Numbered from the whole stretch's first letter, positions 9,755 to 22,629 are shown. The stretch is 63,431 nucleotides of DNA, filler included, from Alphaproteobacteria bacterium (GCA_024280495.1; 8 parts of 8 records of this genome joined end to end with filler, not necessarily neighbours in it); one strand, 5' to 3'. Program-made: numbers and translations. The notes: a model not told the origin generated them from the letters alone.

Positions 9755-9766
9755 AAGAAAATAGCC

Positions 9767-10213
9767 TTAGGATAGTTTTTTCAAAAGTTCAATCTTAATC
9801 ATCATTAATTCCCGACTACGATTGAGTTCGCGTTTTTCACTTTCATCACGGGCAATATCTATTTCATCTTGAATTTTTTTAGAAAGCATTTCCATTTCTT
9901 CTAGGTTGAGTTTTTCAACAAACTCACATGATTCAGCCAAAACGGTACAGGACGTTTCATTCACATTTGCAAAGCCATCGGTAATAAAAATATGCTCTTT
10001 TTTATCGCCACGGTGCAACGTCACAAGACCAGGACGCAAAGTCGAAATAATCGCCGCATGGTTAGGAAGTACACCAAAATCACCAGACTCACCAGGCACA
10101 ACAACCATATCTACTTTGTCTGTTAAAACATGTTTTTCTGGGGAAACGAGATTAAATTCAACTTGAGTCGTGTTTGTTTGAGTTCTATTTGAGTGTGTGG
10201 GCATTTTCGTCAC
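9767..10213 (-). CDS. atpC: F1 ATP synthase epsilon subunit
   Basis: LVSPEK..., MVVVPGESGDFGVLPNHAAIISTLRPG, GFANV. Confidence 0.93.
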   Translation of the reverse strand: MTKMPTHSNRTQTNTTQVEFNLVSPEKHVLTDKVDMVVVPGESGDFGVLPNHAAIISTLRPGLVTLHRGDKKEHIFITDGFANVNETSCTVLAESCEFVEKLNLEEMEMLSKKIQDEIDIARDESEKRELNRSRELMMIKIELLKKLS

Positions 10214-10296
10214 CTCTTGATCAGTCCTTGAGTCATTTAATGGTCATAGGATATCACATTGACTTCAAATACCAAGGGTCAAGAAAAGAAATATGC

Positions 10297-12447
<2,151 letters not shown>

Positions 12448-12492
12448 TTAAGCATTTTTGACCTAAAATAGAAACAAATAGTATCGGTTGTT

Positions 12493-13656
12493 TTGAAAAT
12501 TATGCACGCACATTTACCTCACTGGATAACGTCATCCCCTATAAAAAAACTCTTTCGAGCTATTCCTAATAGCATGGAAACCCTGCGTTTTGTTGGGGGG
12601 TGTGTCAGAGATCACCTCCTTGGCATTGAAAGCCAAGACATAGATCTTGCCACCTCATACCCTCCTCTTGATATCATGAATTTTCTCAAAAAATCTAATT
12701 TAAAATTCGTACCAACGGGCCTGGACCACGGCACCGTTATGGCCATAATCGAGGAAAAAGGCTATGAAATAACAACACTGCGCCATGATATTGAAACAGA
12801 TGGCAGGCACGCCAACGTTGTTTTCACAAATTCATGGCAAGAAGACGCCGCAAGGCGAGACTTCACATTTAATGCCCTTTACATGGATATCAATGGCACT
12901 ATTACGGATTTTTGGGACGGAACAAAAGATCTTGCTGCTGGCCATGTTAATTTTATTGGAGACCCTTCAAAACGCATAAAAGAAGATTACTTACGCATAT
13001 TAAGGTTTTTTCGATTTTACGCACGTTTTTCAGATAAAAATCCCGATAATATAACTCTTAATGCTATCCATAATAATGCAACAGGCCTTAAAAATATTTC
13101 TGGGGAGCGCATAAAAACTGAACTTTTAAAACTCCTTGAGTGTCAATCTCCCCTGCCAGCTATTTCTCTTATGGAAAAAACACACATATTTCACTATGTC
13201 CTTGAAAGGAATGAACCTCTTAATATGGATATTCTTAAAAGGCTTTTGAAAACAGGTATAAAGACATCAAGTTTGACAAAGCTTCTTGCCTTATTGGGTT
13301 CGGAAGAAAATAATATCGAAAATGCCGCCAAACGCCTTAAATTTTCAAAGAAACAAAGGACTTGGATCTCCTGTGTTAATGCTCTTTCTTTGAAATTTGA
13401 AGCAGAACCCCTTGATATTCATTTGCATTTTCAAGGGACAGAAAAAGTTTTAGCAGCCTATGCCATAATGCTTTCCAGAAAAGATATTCAAGTGAAAAAA
13501 ACATTACTTAATCACATCAAAAACTGGGAACACAAATCCTTTCCTATGACGGGACAAGACCTCATTGAAAAAGGCTTTAAACCAGGACCTCACCTTGGTG
13601 CAGAACTCAAAAGACAAGAAAGAAATTGGATCTTGGAGGGGCGTTTAAAGTCATAA
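12493..13656 (+). CDS. cca: CCA tRNA nucleotidyltransferase / poly(A) polymerase family
   Basis: FVGGCVRD, DIDLAT, DAARRDFTFNA, EDYLRILRFFRF. Confidence 0.9.
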   Translation: MKIMHAHLPHWITSSPIKKLFRAIPNSMETLRFVGGCVRDHLLGIESQDIDLATSYPPLDIMNFLKKSNLKFVPTGLDHGTVMAIIEEKGYEITTLRHDIETDGRHANVVFTNSWQEDAARRDFTFNALYMDINGTITDFWDGTKDLAAGHVNFIGDPSKRIKEDYLRILRFFRFYARFSDKNPDNITLNAIHNNATGLKNISGERIKTELLKLLECQSPLPAISLMEKTHIFHYVLERNEPLNMDILKRLLKTGIKTSSLTKLLALLGSEENNIENAAKRLKFSKKQRTWISCVNALSLKFEAEPLDIHLHFQGTEKVLAAYAIMLSRKDIQVKKTLLNHIKNWEHKSFPMTGQDLIEKGFKPGPHLGAELKRQERNWILEGRLKS

Positions 13657-13703
13657 TAAAAACCCCAGATAAACTGAGGGTTTATTTGCAATGATTAACT
13701 GTA

Positions 13704-14192
13704 TTATTTGATTTTTAAAAGTTCAACATCAAATACAAGGGTTGCATTTCCAGGAATAAGACCACCTGCACCGCGTTCTCCGTAACCAAGTTCTGAAGAT
13801 ATAGTTAAAATGCCACGCTCACCAACGGATAATTCAGCAATACCTTTATCCCAACCTTGAATTACTTGACCAACGCCAAGACGAAATTCAATGGGATCGC
13901 CACGATCACGAGAGCTATCAAATTTAGTACCATCTTCAAGTGTACCTACATAGTGAACAGAAACCGTATCACCAGCCTTTGGCTTCTCGCCGTTACCAGC
14001 ATTTATTTGTTGGTAATTAAGACCTGGGACTATTTCAACAGAAGGTGTTGTTGATTCTTTTAAAGAGGTTGCTGTCATGCTGATACTACCTTTATTTTGT
14101 TGTTCAATTAAAGTGGAATTGGCAGATGAAGTATTCATCGATGCACCAGATACCACGAGGGTTACTGCCATAAAAAGGTTGATTTTTATCAT
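13704..14192 (-). CDS. FKBP-type peptidyl-prolyl isomerase with N-terminal signal-like sequence
   Basis: VHYVGTLEDGTKFDSSRDR, GQVIQGWD, LGYG..G, IPGNATLVFDVELL. Confidence 0.93.
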   Translation of the reverse strand: MIKINLFMAVTLVVSGASMNTSSANSTLIEQQNKGSISMTATSLKESTTPSVEIVPGLNYQQINAGNGEKPKAGDTVSVHYVGTLEDGTKFDSSRDRGDPIEFRLGVGQVIQGWDKGIAELSVGERGILTISSELGYGERGAGGLIPGNATLVFDVELLKIK

Positions 14193-14293
14193 TATTAAAT
14201 TCCCTATTAGTACGTTGCACACCCTAACATATTTCAAAGGAAAAGTAAAAAAAATCTAGAGATACAATGATTTATTCTTAGAGTTGATTAGCT

Positions 14294-15034
14294 CTAGAGT
14301 CGCTCGAAGTCCATGTAGGTACATAAAATACCTTGCGCACGAGCTTTGGATTCATACCTTGTTGGCACCCAATCATTGGGACGTTCCGTTGGTAGGTGAT
14401 CCCAAGAAAAAAGGGGTTTGAATTTTTTATCCTCTTTCATGCGTTGGATAATCCATTCACGATAATCCCCATGATCCGTCGCAATACGCAAAGTTCCTCC
14501 TGGTTTAACAAGGCGCGCAAGACGCTTTAAATTTTTTCCATTCACAAAACGACGCTTGTTATGGCGGGATTTGGGCCAAGGATCTGGAAACAAAAGAAAG
14601 GCTCTTGAAATGGAATTTTGAGGGAGTTTATCAAGAAGAGGACGCACATCCTCTGGCCAAATGCGTACATTTTCAAGGTCTCGATCTAAAAGATCTCGGA
14701 GCATGAGACTGATACCATTCATAAAGGCTTCGGCACCAATGAGGTTTACTTTGGGATTTCGAGCTCCTTGAGCACAAAGGTGCTCACCACCACCACAGCC
14801 AATTTCTAACCATAATTCCTGGGCATCTTGATCAAAGTCAGCGTGGGGATCACTGGCAAGAGTCACATCAAATGTGTATGTGGGGAGCGCGCGCTCGAGA
14901 AGTTCTTGTGTTTTTGGACGTAAAGGTCTTCCCATGCGTCTACCATAGAATTTTTCGGTATGACTATCAGGATGATCTGGTGAGTTAGATGGCAACAGTT
15001 TCTTCTCAAATTTTGTACAAGGAAGCTCTTTCAT
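14294..15034 (-). CDS. trmB: tRNA (guanine-N7)-methyltransferase
   Basis: LEIGCGGGEH, FPDPWPKSRHNKRR, ATD, TRYESKA. Confidence 0.95.
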   Translation of the reverse strand: MKELPCTKFEKKLLPSNSPDHPDSHTEKFYGRRMGRPLRPKTQELLERALPTYTFDVTLASDPHADFDQDAQELWLEIGCGGGEHLCAQGARNPKVNLIGAEAFMNGISLMLRDLLDRDLENVRIWPEDVRPLLDKLPQNSISRAFLLFPDPWPKSRHNKRRFVNGKNLKRLARLVKPGGTLRIATDHGDYREWIIQRMKEDKKFKPLFSWDHLPTERPNDWVPTRYESKARAQGILCTYMDFERL

Positions 15035-15102
15035 GGATCTATCATCTTATTAAGGGTAAGTAATGAGTGATTAGCACAAATATTTTTTTTAATCCAGCAT
15101 GG

Positions 15103-16158
15103 TCAATTACCTTTAACTGGCGACGTTTTATTTTCTTTTTTAGGAGACGGAGACGTGGAAGTCGGTTTTTCCAATCCTAAATAATCATAAGCTATATCTG
15201 TCAACATTCGCCCCCGAGAAGTGCGCTGGACAAACCCTTGTTGGATTAGATAGGGTTCGACCACTTCTTCCAAGGTATCTTTCTGCTCCGAAAGAACAGC
15301 AGCCAAAGTCTCGGCACCAACAGGGCCACCTCTATAAACCCGCGCTATATGTTCGAGATAACGGCGATCTTGATCATCCAACCCCATATGATCAACCCCA
15401 AGACGTGATAAAGCATCATCGGCTAGCGCTTTGTCAACAACTGATACCCCTTTAACGGAGGTAAAATCTCGCACCCGACGCAATAAACGTCCCGCGATAC
15501 GCGGGGTGCCCCGAGAGCGCTTGGCGATCTCAAAAATTGCATCTGCTTTCATATCAAGACCCAATAATTTAGCGCCTCGGTGCACGATGGCTGATAAATC
15601 TTCTGGCGAGTAAAAATTCAAGCGCAAAGGAATGCCAAAACGATCCCGTAATGGCGATGTAATAAGTCCTGTTCTGGTCGTTGCTGCAACCAAAGTAAAG
15701 GGGGGTAAATCAATTTGGATGGATCTTGCTGCTGGACCTTCTCCAATAATAAGGTCCAATTTGAAATCTTCCATGGCTGGATAAAGTACTTCTTCAACAG
15801 CTGGGCTCAAGCGGTGAATTTCATCAATAAATAAAACATCAAAAGGCTGCAAGTTTGTCAAAATCGCGGCAAGGTCCCCCGCTTTCGAAATAATAGGGCC
15901 AGAGGTTGATTTAAAACCAACGCCAAGTTCCGTTGAAATAATTTGAGCTAATGTTGTTTTCCCAAGGCCTGGCGGGCCAAAAAACATAACATGATCCATT
16001 GCTTCACCACGCCCTTTGGCTGCCTGGATAAAAACCTTGAGGTTATCACACACATCACGCTGTCCTGTGAAATCATCCAAAAGTTTGGGGCGCATAGAGC
16101 GCTCTTGATGATCTTGTCCTGGTTGAAAATCAGGGGTTAGTATATTTCCTTGCGACAT
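15103..16158 (-). CDS. ruvB: Holliday junction helicase RuvB
   Basis: [25 protein letters not shown]. Confidence 0.98.
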   Translation of the reverse strand: MSQGNILTPDFQPGQDHQERSMRPKLLDDFTGQRDVCDNLKVFIQAAKGRGEAMDHVMFFGPPGLGKTTLAQIISTELGVGFKSTSGPIISKAGDLAAILTNLQPFDVLFIDEIHRLSPAVEEVLYPAMEDFKLDLIIGEGPAARSIQIDLPPFTLVAATTRTGLITSPLRDRFGIPLRLNFYSPEDLSAIVHRGAKLLGLDMKADAIFEIAKRSRGTPRIAGRLLRRVRDFTSVKGVSVVDKALADDALSRLGVDHMGLDDQDRRYLEHIARVYRGGPVGAETLAAVLSEQKDTLEEVVEPYLIQQGFVQRTSRGRMLTDIAYDYLGLEKPTSTSPSPKKENKTSPVKGN

Positions 16159-16161
16159 TGT

Positions 16162-16794
16162 TTATGCCCTCTTAGTAAGGGTGCGCAACGCGAGTGGAAT
16201 AAGAACTTCGACGGAATCTGCCCCCTCTCCTTTTTGTTTAATCTGAACCAGAGTTTGGTTCACTTCAAAAGGTTTATACCCCAAATTTACAAGGGCGGAG
16301 GCCGCGTCTTGATACACAGATTCGGCGGGCATCGATGAATTTGGAGAAGCGTCTGTAATCACTCCCCCCCCTCCAGCATTCACACCAAAAAGTTTTTTAA
16401 CCTTGTCTTTTAATTCATTGACAAGCCTGGTTGCAAGCTTAGGTCCAACGCCATCTGCCGCGGAAAAAGTCGTTTTATCACCCGATAGAACCGCCGCGTG
16501 CATTTGATCTGGAGACGCAACGGACAAAATAGCTAATGCCACCTTCATACCAACACCCTGAACACTTGTAAGTGTTTGAAACCACTGATGTTCCGATGAC
16601 GTTGAAAAACCATAAAGGGCCATAATGTCTTCACGTACATGCATTTCCGTTATCAATGTGCGCTCTTGACCAACCCCTTGAATTTCATCCAAGGTTCTGG
16701 CCGAACAAAACACATGGTAAAAAACACCATTAACATCCAAAACCGCCCAATTGGGACCTGTCGAATCCAGAACACCGCGAAGTTTTGAAATCAT
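16162..16794 (-). CDS. ruvA: Holliday junction binding protein RuvA
   Basis: MISKLRG, HVRED, LYGF, SVQGVGMKVAL, GVGPKLA. Confidence 0.97.
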   Translation of the reverse strand: MISKLRGVLDSTGPNWAVLDVNGVFYHVFCSARTLDEIQGVGQERTLITEMHVREDIMALYGFSTSSEHQWFQTLTSVQGVGMKVALAILSVASPDQMHAAVLSGDKTTFSAADGVGPKLATRLVNELKDKVKKLFGVNAGGGGVITDASPNSSMPAESVYQDAASALVNLGYKPFEVNQTLVQIKQKGEGADSVEVLIPLALRTLTKRA

Positions 16795-16812
16795 TATTTT
16801 ACCTTTTTAATT

Positions 16813-17295
16813 TTAAGACCCAAAGAGGATATTTTTAGAATCTAGAGTGTGGGCATGGCATATGGCCACTGCCAAAGCATCTGCTTCATCATAGGACATA
16901 TTACCACATGCTGGCAAAAGATATTTCACCATGGCTTTCACCTGGTCTTTATCCGCATGCCCCGCACCCACAACATTCTTTTTTACATGGTTAGCAGAAT
17001 ATTCCCCGACACGAATGCCAAAAGTCGTCGGCACAACCATAACAACCCCCCGAGCCAATCCTAACTTCAAAGTCGTTGAGGGGTTTTTATTAAGAAAAGT
17101 TTCTTCAACGGCGGCTGCTTGGGGAAGGTAAGTCCGCATCACTTCACAAAGGCCACTGTGTAATATTTGCAACCGTTCATCAATATCCAACTGATCACTC
17201 ACTTTAACCGTACCATGGGCAACATGTGTCATTTCACGACCTGCACAGTCAATAATTCCCCATCCAGTGAGACGAAGTCCAGGATCCAATCCCAA
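16813..17295 (-). CDS. ruvC: crossover junction endodeoxyribonuclease (start uncertain)
   Basis: GLDPGLRLTGWG, AVEETF, LGLARG, DEADALAVAICH. Confidence 0.95.
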   Translation of the reverse strand: MGLDPGLRLTGWGIIDCAGREMTHVAHGTVKVSDQLDIDERLQILHSGLCEVMRTYLPQAAAVEETFLNKNPSTTLKLGLARGVVMVVPTTFGIRVGEYSANHVKKNVVGAGHADKDQVKAMVKYLLPACGNMSYDEADALAVAICHAHTLDSKNILFGS

Positions 17296-17420
17296 AATCC
17301 TCTCAGTATTCTGCGATGAATTTTGAAACGGCGTTTTTTTTATAACAGCCTTCCCATTAGAGTTCGAATAATATTGACGGGAAGGGTGAATATAAACAGG
17401 TTTTGAAATGGGATTAGATC

Positions 17421-18176
17421 CTATTTTTCTGCGCTCAATTTTTCCATGACGGCGTCATCAATATCAAAATTTGAAAATACGCTTTGAACGTCGTCGTTAT
17501 CTTCAAGAATATCAATAAGTTTTAAAAGAGTTGTTGCCTTATCTATATCGACGGGCACTGTGTTCTGTGGACGCCACACAGCCTCTGCCCGCAAGGCATC
17601 TTTATAGCTTTTTTCAAGAATTTCACGCACGGAATTTAGACCTTCATAGGTCGTTGATATCACATGGGACTCATCGTTGCTCTGAACATCTTCGGCGCCT
17701 GCCTCCAGAGCGGTTTCGAACATATCATCGGTGCTGGCTTTATCCAGAGCGTATTCAATTTCACCCACATGGTCAAATTGAAAGGCTACACTGTTGGGCT
17801 CTCCAAGGGATCCCCCATATTTGGAAAATGTCGACCGTACATCAGACGCAGTTCTGTTTTTATTATCGGTCAAGCCAACCACGATCATGGCAACGCCTCC
17901 AGGGCCATATCCTTCATATCGTACTTCTGTATAGTTCGTATCATCATCGGCACTGGCTGCTTTTTTAATGGCGCGCTCAACGTTATCCTTTGGCATATTT
18001 ACGGCACGGGCGGCTGCAATTGCTCCTCGCAAGCGGGAATTTCCATCGGGATCTGGCCCTGCTTCTTTCACGGCAACAATAATTTCTTTTGTGGCCTTGG
18101 AAAATACTTTGGCACGTTTTTTATCCTGAGCGCCCTTACGATGCATAATGTTTTTAAATTTTGAGTGACCTGCCAC
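17421..18176 (-). CDS. yebC: YebC/PmpR family protein
   Basis: GTG start, then AGHSKFKNIMHRKGAQD; YEGYGPGGVA; DNDDVQSV. Confidence 0.95.
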   Translation of the reverse strand: MAGHSKFKNIMHRKGAQDKKRAKVFSKATKEIIVAVKEAGPDPDGNSRLRGAIAAARAVNMPKDNVERAIKKAASADDDTNYTEVRYEGYGPGGVAMIVVGLTDNKNRTASDVRSTFSKYGGSLGEPNSVAFQFDHVGEIEYALDKASTDDMFETALEAGAEDVQSNDESHVISTTYEGLNSVREILEKSYKDALRAEAVWRPQNTVPVDIDKATTLLKLIDILEDNDDVQSVFSNFDIDDAVMEKLSAEK

Positions 18177-18268
18177 GATTCTACCTTTCATAAAGTCTAT
18201 TACATATAGTTTTGACAAAGTTTTCAAAAAAGGTCAATTAGAAAGGAATTTGATGACTCCTCCATAAA

Positions 18269-19370
18269 TTATCCTGCGAGCTTTGCAGCCAAGGCAGCTT
18301 CTAGAAAATCATCAATTTCACCGTCTAAAACAGCGGTGGGGTTTCCTTTTTCAACGGAAGTCCTTAAATCCTTAACCATTTGATAAGGATGCAGAACATA
18401 TGATCTAATTTGATGCCCCCAGCCAATATCGCCTTTATTTGCATTGGCGGCCTGGGCGCTTTCTTCGCGGCGTTTAAGTTCTACTTCAAATAGTCTGGCG
18501 CGTAACATAGACAAAGCTTCTGCCTTGTTTTTATGTTGAGATCTTTGGTTTTGACATTGCACGACAACATTTGTTGGAATGTGGGTAATGCGAACGGCAC
18601 TATCCGTTGTGTTAACATGTTGCCCCCCTGCGCCAGATGCCCGATAAGTATCGATACGCAAATCTTTTTCTTCTAAGTCAATATGGATATTATCATCAAT
18701 AACTGGATAAATTGAGACAGATGAAAAACTTGTATGGCGTCTAGAATTGGAATCAAAAGGAGAAATACGTACCAAACGATGCACACCACTTTCTGTTTTA
18801 AGCCATCCGTAGGCCTGATGTCCGATAACTTTAAAGGTTGATGACTTAATACCAGCTTCTTCCCCTGATACCTCTGCCATCCATTCAATTTTATAATTAT
18901 TACGCTCAGCCCAGCGCACATACATACGTTGAATCATGAGAGCCCAGTCTTGTGCCTCGGTTCCGCCAGCTCCTGCGTGAATCTCAAGAAAACAATCGTT
19001 TCCATCAGCTTCACCAGATAATAATGATTCAAGGCGTAATCTTTTGCAACGGGTGGCAAGGTTTGATAAGCCCCCCTCACCTTCTTTAATAGTCTCTGGA
19101 TCTTTTTCTGCGTCACCAAGGTCAATAAATCCAACTGCATCTTCAAGCTCAATTTCAAGTCCTTGAATGCGATCAAAGGCCGTTTTAAGAATATCGCGTT
19201 CACGCATAACTTTTTGCGCTTCCTTTGGGTCTGACCATAAATCAGCTCCTTCGGCTTGAATATTCAGCTCGTTCAAACGTCTTGTTGCTTTGTCATAGTC
19301 AAAGATGCCTCCTCAGAACGTCGATGACAGATTCCACCTCGTCCTTGAGTTTTTGCATTTCAGCGCGCAT
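18269..19370 (-). CDS. prfB: peptide chain release factor 2 (programmed +1 frameshift)
   Basis: ATG 19370 gives MRAEMQKLKDEVESVIDVLRRHL, then CTT TGA C; the +1 frame continues to the SPF and GGQ motifs. Confidence 0.96.
19298..19313 (-). promoter_or_regulatory. RF2 frameshift cassette
   Basis: Minus strand AGGAGG-CAT-CTT-TGA-C: internal Shine-Dalgarno plus slippery stop. Confidence 0.93.
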
Positions 19371-19479
19371 GGGGATTCCTTATTTTTCCATTTTATTATG
19401 TAAGATAAAATGTTTTATGCTTTATGACAACAATGCTATTATAAAAAAAGAATTTCATTTTTTAAGTACGTAGAGTGTC

Positions 19480-20844
19480 ATGAATATTCTTATTTGCGGA
19501 GCAGGTCAAGTTGGCTTTAACCTGGCGCGTTACCTCTCTGGTCGGAATCACAATATTACCATTGTGGATATCGACAAAAAACTCATTGATGAAATCAATG
19601 ATCGTCTTGACGTCAGGGCTATCTGTGGTCACGCATCCCACCCCAATATTTTGAAACGTGCTGGTATTGAAAGCGCTGATATGATCATCGCCCTAACCCG
19701 TTATGATGAAGTCAATATGATTTCCTGTCAAATTGCCCACAGCATTTATGGTGTCAAAAAGAAAATAGCTCGCATTCGGAGTAAATCTTACCTTACGGCT
19801 TCTGGAAGAGGTCTTTTTGATGATAATCACATGCCTATTGATTATATTATTTCACCAGAAATTGAGGTTGCCCATGCTCTGTCACGGGGACTTGCTGTCC
19901 CTGGTGCCTTTGATGTTACACCTCTCGCCAATAGAAAATTCCAGCTTTTAGGGGTCAGGTGCACTCAAAACACTCCTATTGTGAATACTCCCATTACCCA
20001 TATACCCAGCCTTTTTCCTGAAGTGAATTTTACCATCGTTGGCATCTCACGGGGGGACCGAAAATTTGTCCCCACAGAGCGCGAGGCCCTTTTACCTGAA
20101 GATGAAGTTTTCTATATTGTGGAAACGGGAAATGTAGAGGCTTCTCTTGCGGCTTTTGGCCATACGGAAGAAAGCACGAAACGCCTTCTTATTATGGGGG
20201 GTGGTAACATTGGGCTTTCATTGGCCCAAGAAATTGAAGCGCACTCTCCTCATATTCGCATTACAATCATTGAAAACAACCACAAGCGCGCTGAGAAAAT
20301 TGCTCAACACCTCAGCAAAGCCCTTGTTCTAAATGGTGATGCCCTGGATAGTGATTTACTCCTCGAAGCAGGCATTGATAATGTTGATACTGCCGTTGCC
20401 GTAACGGAAGATGATCGCGTTAATACCCTTGCAACTGTTTTAGCTAAACGCCTTGGTGCCAAAAAAGCCATGTGCCTCACCAATAAATTATCTTTCGAAC
20501 AATTGGTTATCTCCCTTGGTGCCAACGCCGTTATTAACCCCCGTGTGGTGACGGTCTCAAAAATCATGCAGTATATCCGTAAAGGTAACTTACATTCCGT
20601 ACATTCCCTTGGAGAAAACTTTGGCGAAGTCATAGATATTGCAGCTAGCAACGCCCCTAATATCGTTGGAAAATCAGTGAGTCAGTTGCAAAAAGATCAT
20701 AAAATTCTCGTTGCTGCCCTTATACGAGACGACCAAACAGAAATCCCAAAGGGATCTACCATCATTAAAGTTGATGACCGCATTATTTTAATGCTTGCCA
20801 GCAACGAAGCTAAAATTTCTGAATCTATTTTGGGTATTAATTAA
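19480..20844 (+). CDS. trkA: Trk potassium transport regulatory subunit
   Basis: Two RCK units: ICGAGQVG and IMGGGNIG; ISPE motif. Confidence 0.96.
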   Translation: MNILICGAGQVGFNLARYLSGRNHNITIVDIDKKLIDEINDRLDVRAICGHASHPNILKRAGIESADMIIALTRYDEVNMISCQIAHSIYGVKKKIARIRSKSYLTASGRGLFDDNHMPIDYIISPEIEVAHALSRGLAVPGAFDVTPLANRKFQLLGVRCTQNTPIVNTPITHIPSLFPEVNFTIVGISRGDRKFVPTEREALLPEDEVFYIVETGNVEASLAAFGHTEESTKRLLIMGGGNIGLSLAQEIEAHSPHIRITIIENNHKRAEKIAQHLSKALVLNGDALDSDLLLEAGIDNVDTAVAVTEDDRVNTLATVLAKRLGAKKAMCLTNKLSFEQLVISLGANAVINPRVVTVSKIMQYIRKGNLHSVHSLGENFGEVIDIAASNAPNIVGKSVSQLQKDHKILVAALIRDDQTEIPKGSTIIKVDDRIILMLASNEAKISESILGIN

Positions 20845-20981
20845 AAAAAAAGTCGGCACTTTTTGCCGCTTCACCCTTTTTTTATCTCAAATGGTATTTA
20901 ACGGCAATAAATACCACCCTTTTTTCACCTCTCCCTATGTTTTTTTTATAAAGTCATCCATATTTATGGCTGTTCTACCAC

Positions 20982-20998
20982 TTGGCACGAAATCTGCA
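20982..20998 (+). promoter_or_regulatory. putative sigma54 promoter of flagellin
   Basis: TTGGCACGAAATCTGCA: TGGCACG plus GC at GG-N10-GC spacing. Confidence 0.7.
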
Positions 20999-21084
20999 TC
21001 ATTATTTCTGAGAGCATGGTGTTCTCAAAGAAAGGGACCAGGTAGGACCCTTAAAAAAATCGCAGGATGCGAAAGGAATATATT

Positions 21085-22575
21085 ATGACAACAAGTATTA
21101 TGAACAACGCTGCCGCAAACACGGCACTTATTAACCGAGCAAAAGCAACAGTCGATAATAACATAGCCAATAATGAACTTTCTTCTGGTATCACTGACCG
21201 TGGCCCAGCCATTAAATCCCTCGTTGCTGGTTTGAGCGCTTTGAGAGAAGTAACTAATGCCGCACTTGGTAATATCAATAGCTTGTCATCTGTAGGTCAA
21301 TTGGGTATTAAAGTTCTTGATAACATGATTGAGACCGTGGCTTCACTTGATGCCTTGGCAACACAAGCAAACGACGGAACTTTGACTGATAAAGAACGCT
21401 CCCAAATTAACGGTGTGGCCCAAAACCTTCTTAAAGGTCTGGAAACTGCTGCGCAAAAAGCTGAATTTAATGGGACAAAATTCTTCATTGGTTCTGCTGG
21501 TACCGTTGACATTGCTGCTGCAAGCGTCTCATCCTCCACAGCTGCTGTTGTTGTTGATACCTTTGTTGCAGGCATAAAAGGTGATGCAACTGGTGATATA
21601 AGTGGCACATTGACAAGCGCAGAATTCAACTATAACGCAACGGATGGTCGTCTTGATCTAAAAGAAACAATTGGTGGGCAAGTTTTTGAAGCTCTGAATG
21701 TAAACTGGGCAAATGATGCTGAAATCGTATTTGTCAGTATATCAAACCCAAATAACCGTTATACCCGCGTTCTTGGTGCTGATCTTACGACCGTCCCAGT
21801 TAATGACCTGACAGATGCTGCGCATCTTGCTTCTGCAAAAACCGCCTACGAAACGCATACAGGTACTGCTCCTGGTGTCGCTTCAGTTGTGCAAAAGTCT
21901 GTTACAACAGCCGTCAACAATGGTTTAACTGGAATGTCCGTTGGAACTACTGCCGAACCTGGTACTGTTACTGCAAGTTATGATGGCGCGACAAATATCC
22001 TCCATGTTCAACACAAGGATGCGGATGGTGTTATCAAAACACAAAATATTACGATGGATACGGCGGGTGCCCAGGATATCAGCACAAACTTTGGTGTGAC
22101 ATTGACGTTTGATGCTGCTTTCGCCCTTGCTACCAGTGTTACTCAAGTGGTTGGTGTTATTGCCGAAGGTACTGAAGTCAAAATGACATCACAAACAGGT
22201 GCCAATTCCAATGACACAACAACATTGACTTTTAAAGGTGCTACGCTTTCTGCTCTTGGGTTAAGTAATATAAGTTTATCAACGGCAACAGACGCAACAA
22301 CTGCCTCCGATGCTTTCAAGGCTGCACTGGCACTATTAACAGCAAACAAAGCTGATGTTGCCGCTGCCTTGGATAACCTTGAATTGAAAGCTGCGGTATT
22401 GAAGGACACCGCCAATGAGCTTTCTAATGTTATTTCTGGTTTCCAAGATGCTGACATGCCAGCTGCTGCATTGGAGCAAGCCCTCTCCATGCAAAAAATC
22501 GAAAGCGCGGGTATGGGGTTTGCTAAAGCCTTGCAACAAATGCAAATGCTTATGAAAGCCCTCCAACAAGCTTAA
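21085..22575 (+). CDS. flagellin, highly divergent
   Basis: LATQANDGTLTDKERSQIN...AEFNGTK in the N-domain, QTGAN, LSALGL, C-terminal QDADM; Ala/Thr-rich variable middle. Confidence 0.85.
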   Translation: MTTSIMNNAAANTALINRAKATVDNNIANNELSSGITDRGPAIKSLVAGLSALREVTNAALGNINSLSSVGQLGIKVLDNMIETVASLDALATQANDGTLTDKERSQINGVAQNLLKGLETAAQKAEFNGTKFFIGSAGTVDIAAASVSSSTAAVVVDTFVAGIKGDATGDISGTLTSAEFNYNATDGRLDLKETIGGQVFEALNVNWANDAEIVFVSISNPNNRYTRVLGADLTTVPVNDLTDAAHLASAKTAYETHTGTAPGVASVVQKSVTTAVNNGLTGMSVGTTAEPGTVTASYDGATNILHVQHKDADGVIKTQNITMDTAGAQDISTNFGVTLTFDAAFALATSVTQVVGVIAEGTEVKMTSQTGANSNDTTTLTFKGATLSALGLSNISLSTATDATTASDAFKAALALLTANKADVAAALDNLELKAAVLKDTANELSNVISGFQDADMPAAALEQALSMQKIESAGMGFAKALQQMQMLMKALQQA

Positions 22576-22597
22576 TAAGTAATTGTTTTTAACAAAG

Positions 22598-22629
22598 AAA
22601 TAGTGTTGAAATAATTTTCAACACTATTT
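22598..22629. terminator. inverted repeat after flagellin (probable terminator)
   Basis: AAATAGTGTTGAAA-TAAT-TTTCAACACTATTT. Confidence 0.6.

Noticed and set aside
17531..18164. Long antisense ORFs over yebC (also over flgE, flagellin, rne, tig)
   Set aside because: Shadow frames of well-supported genes with no recognisable motifs.
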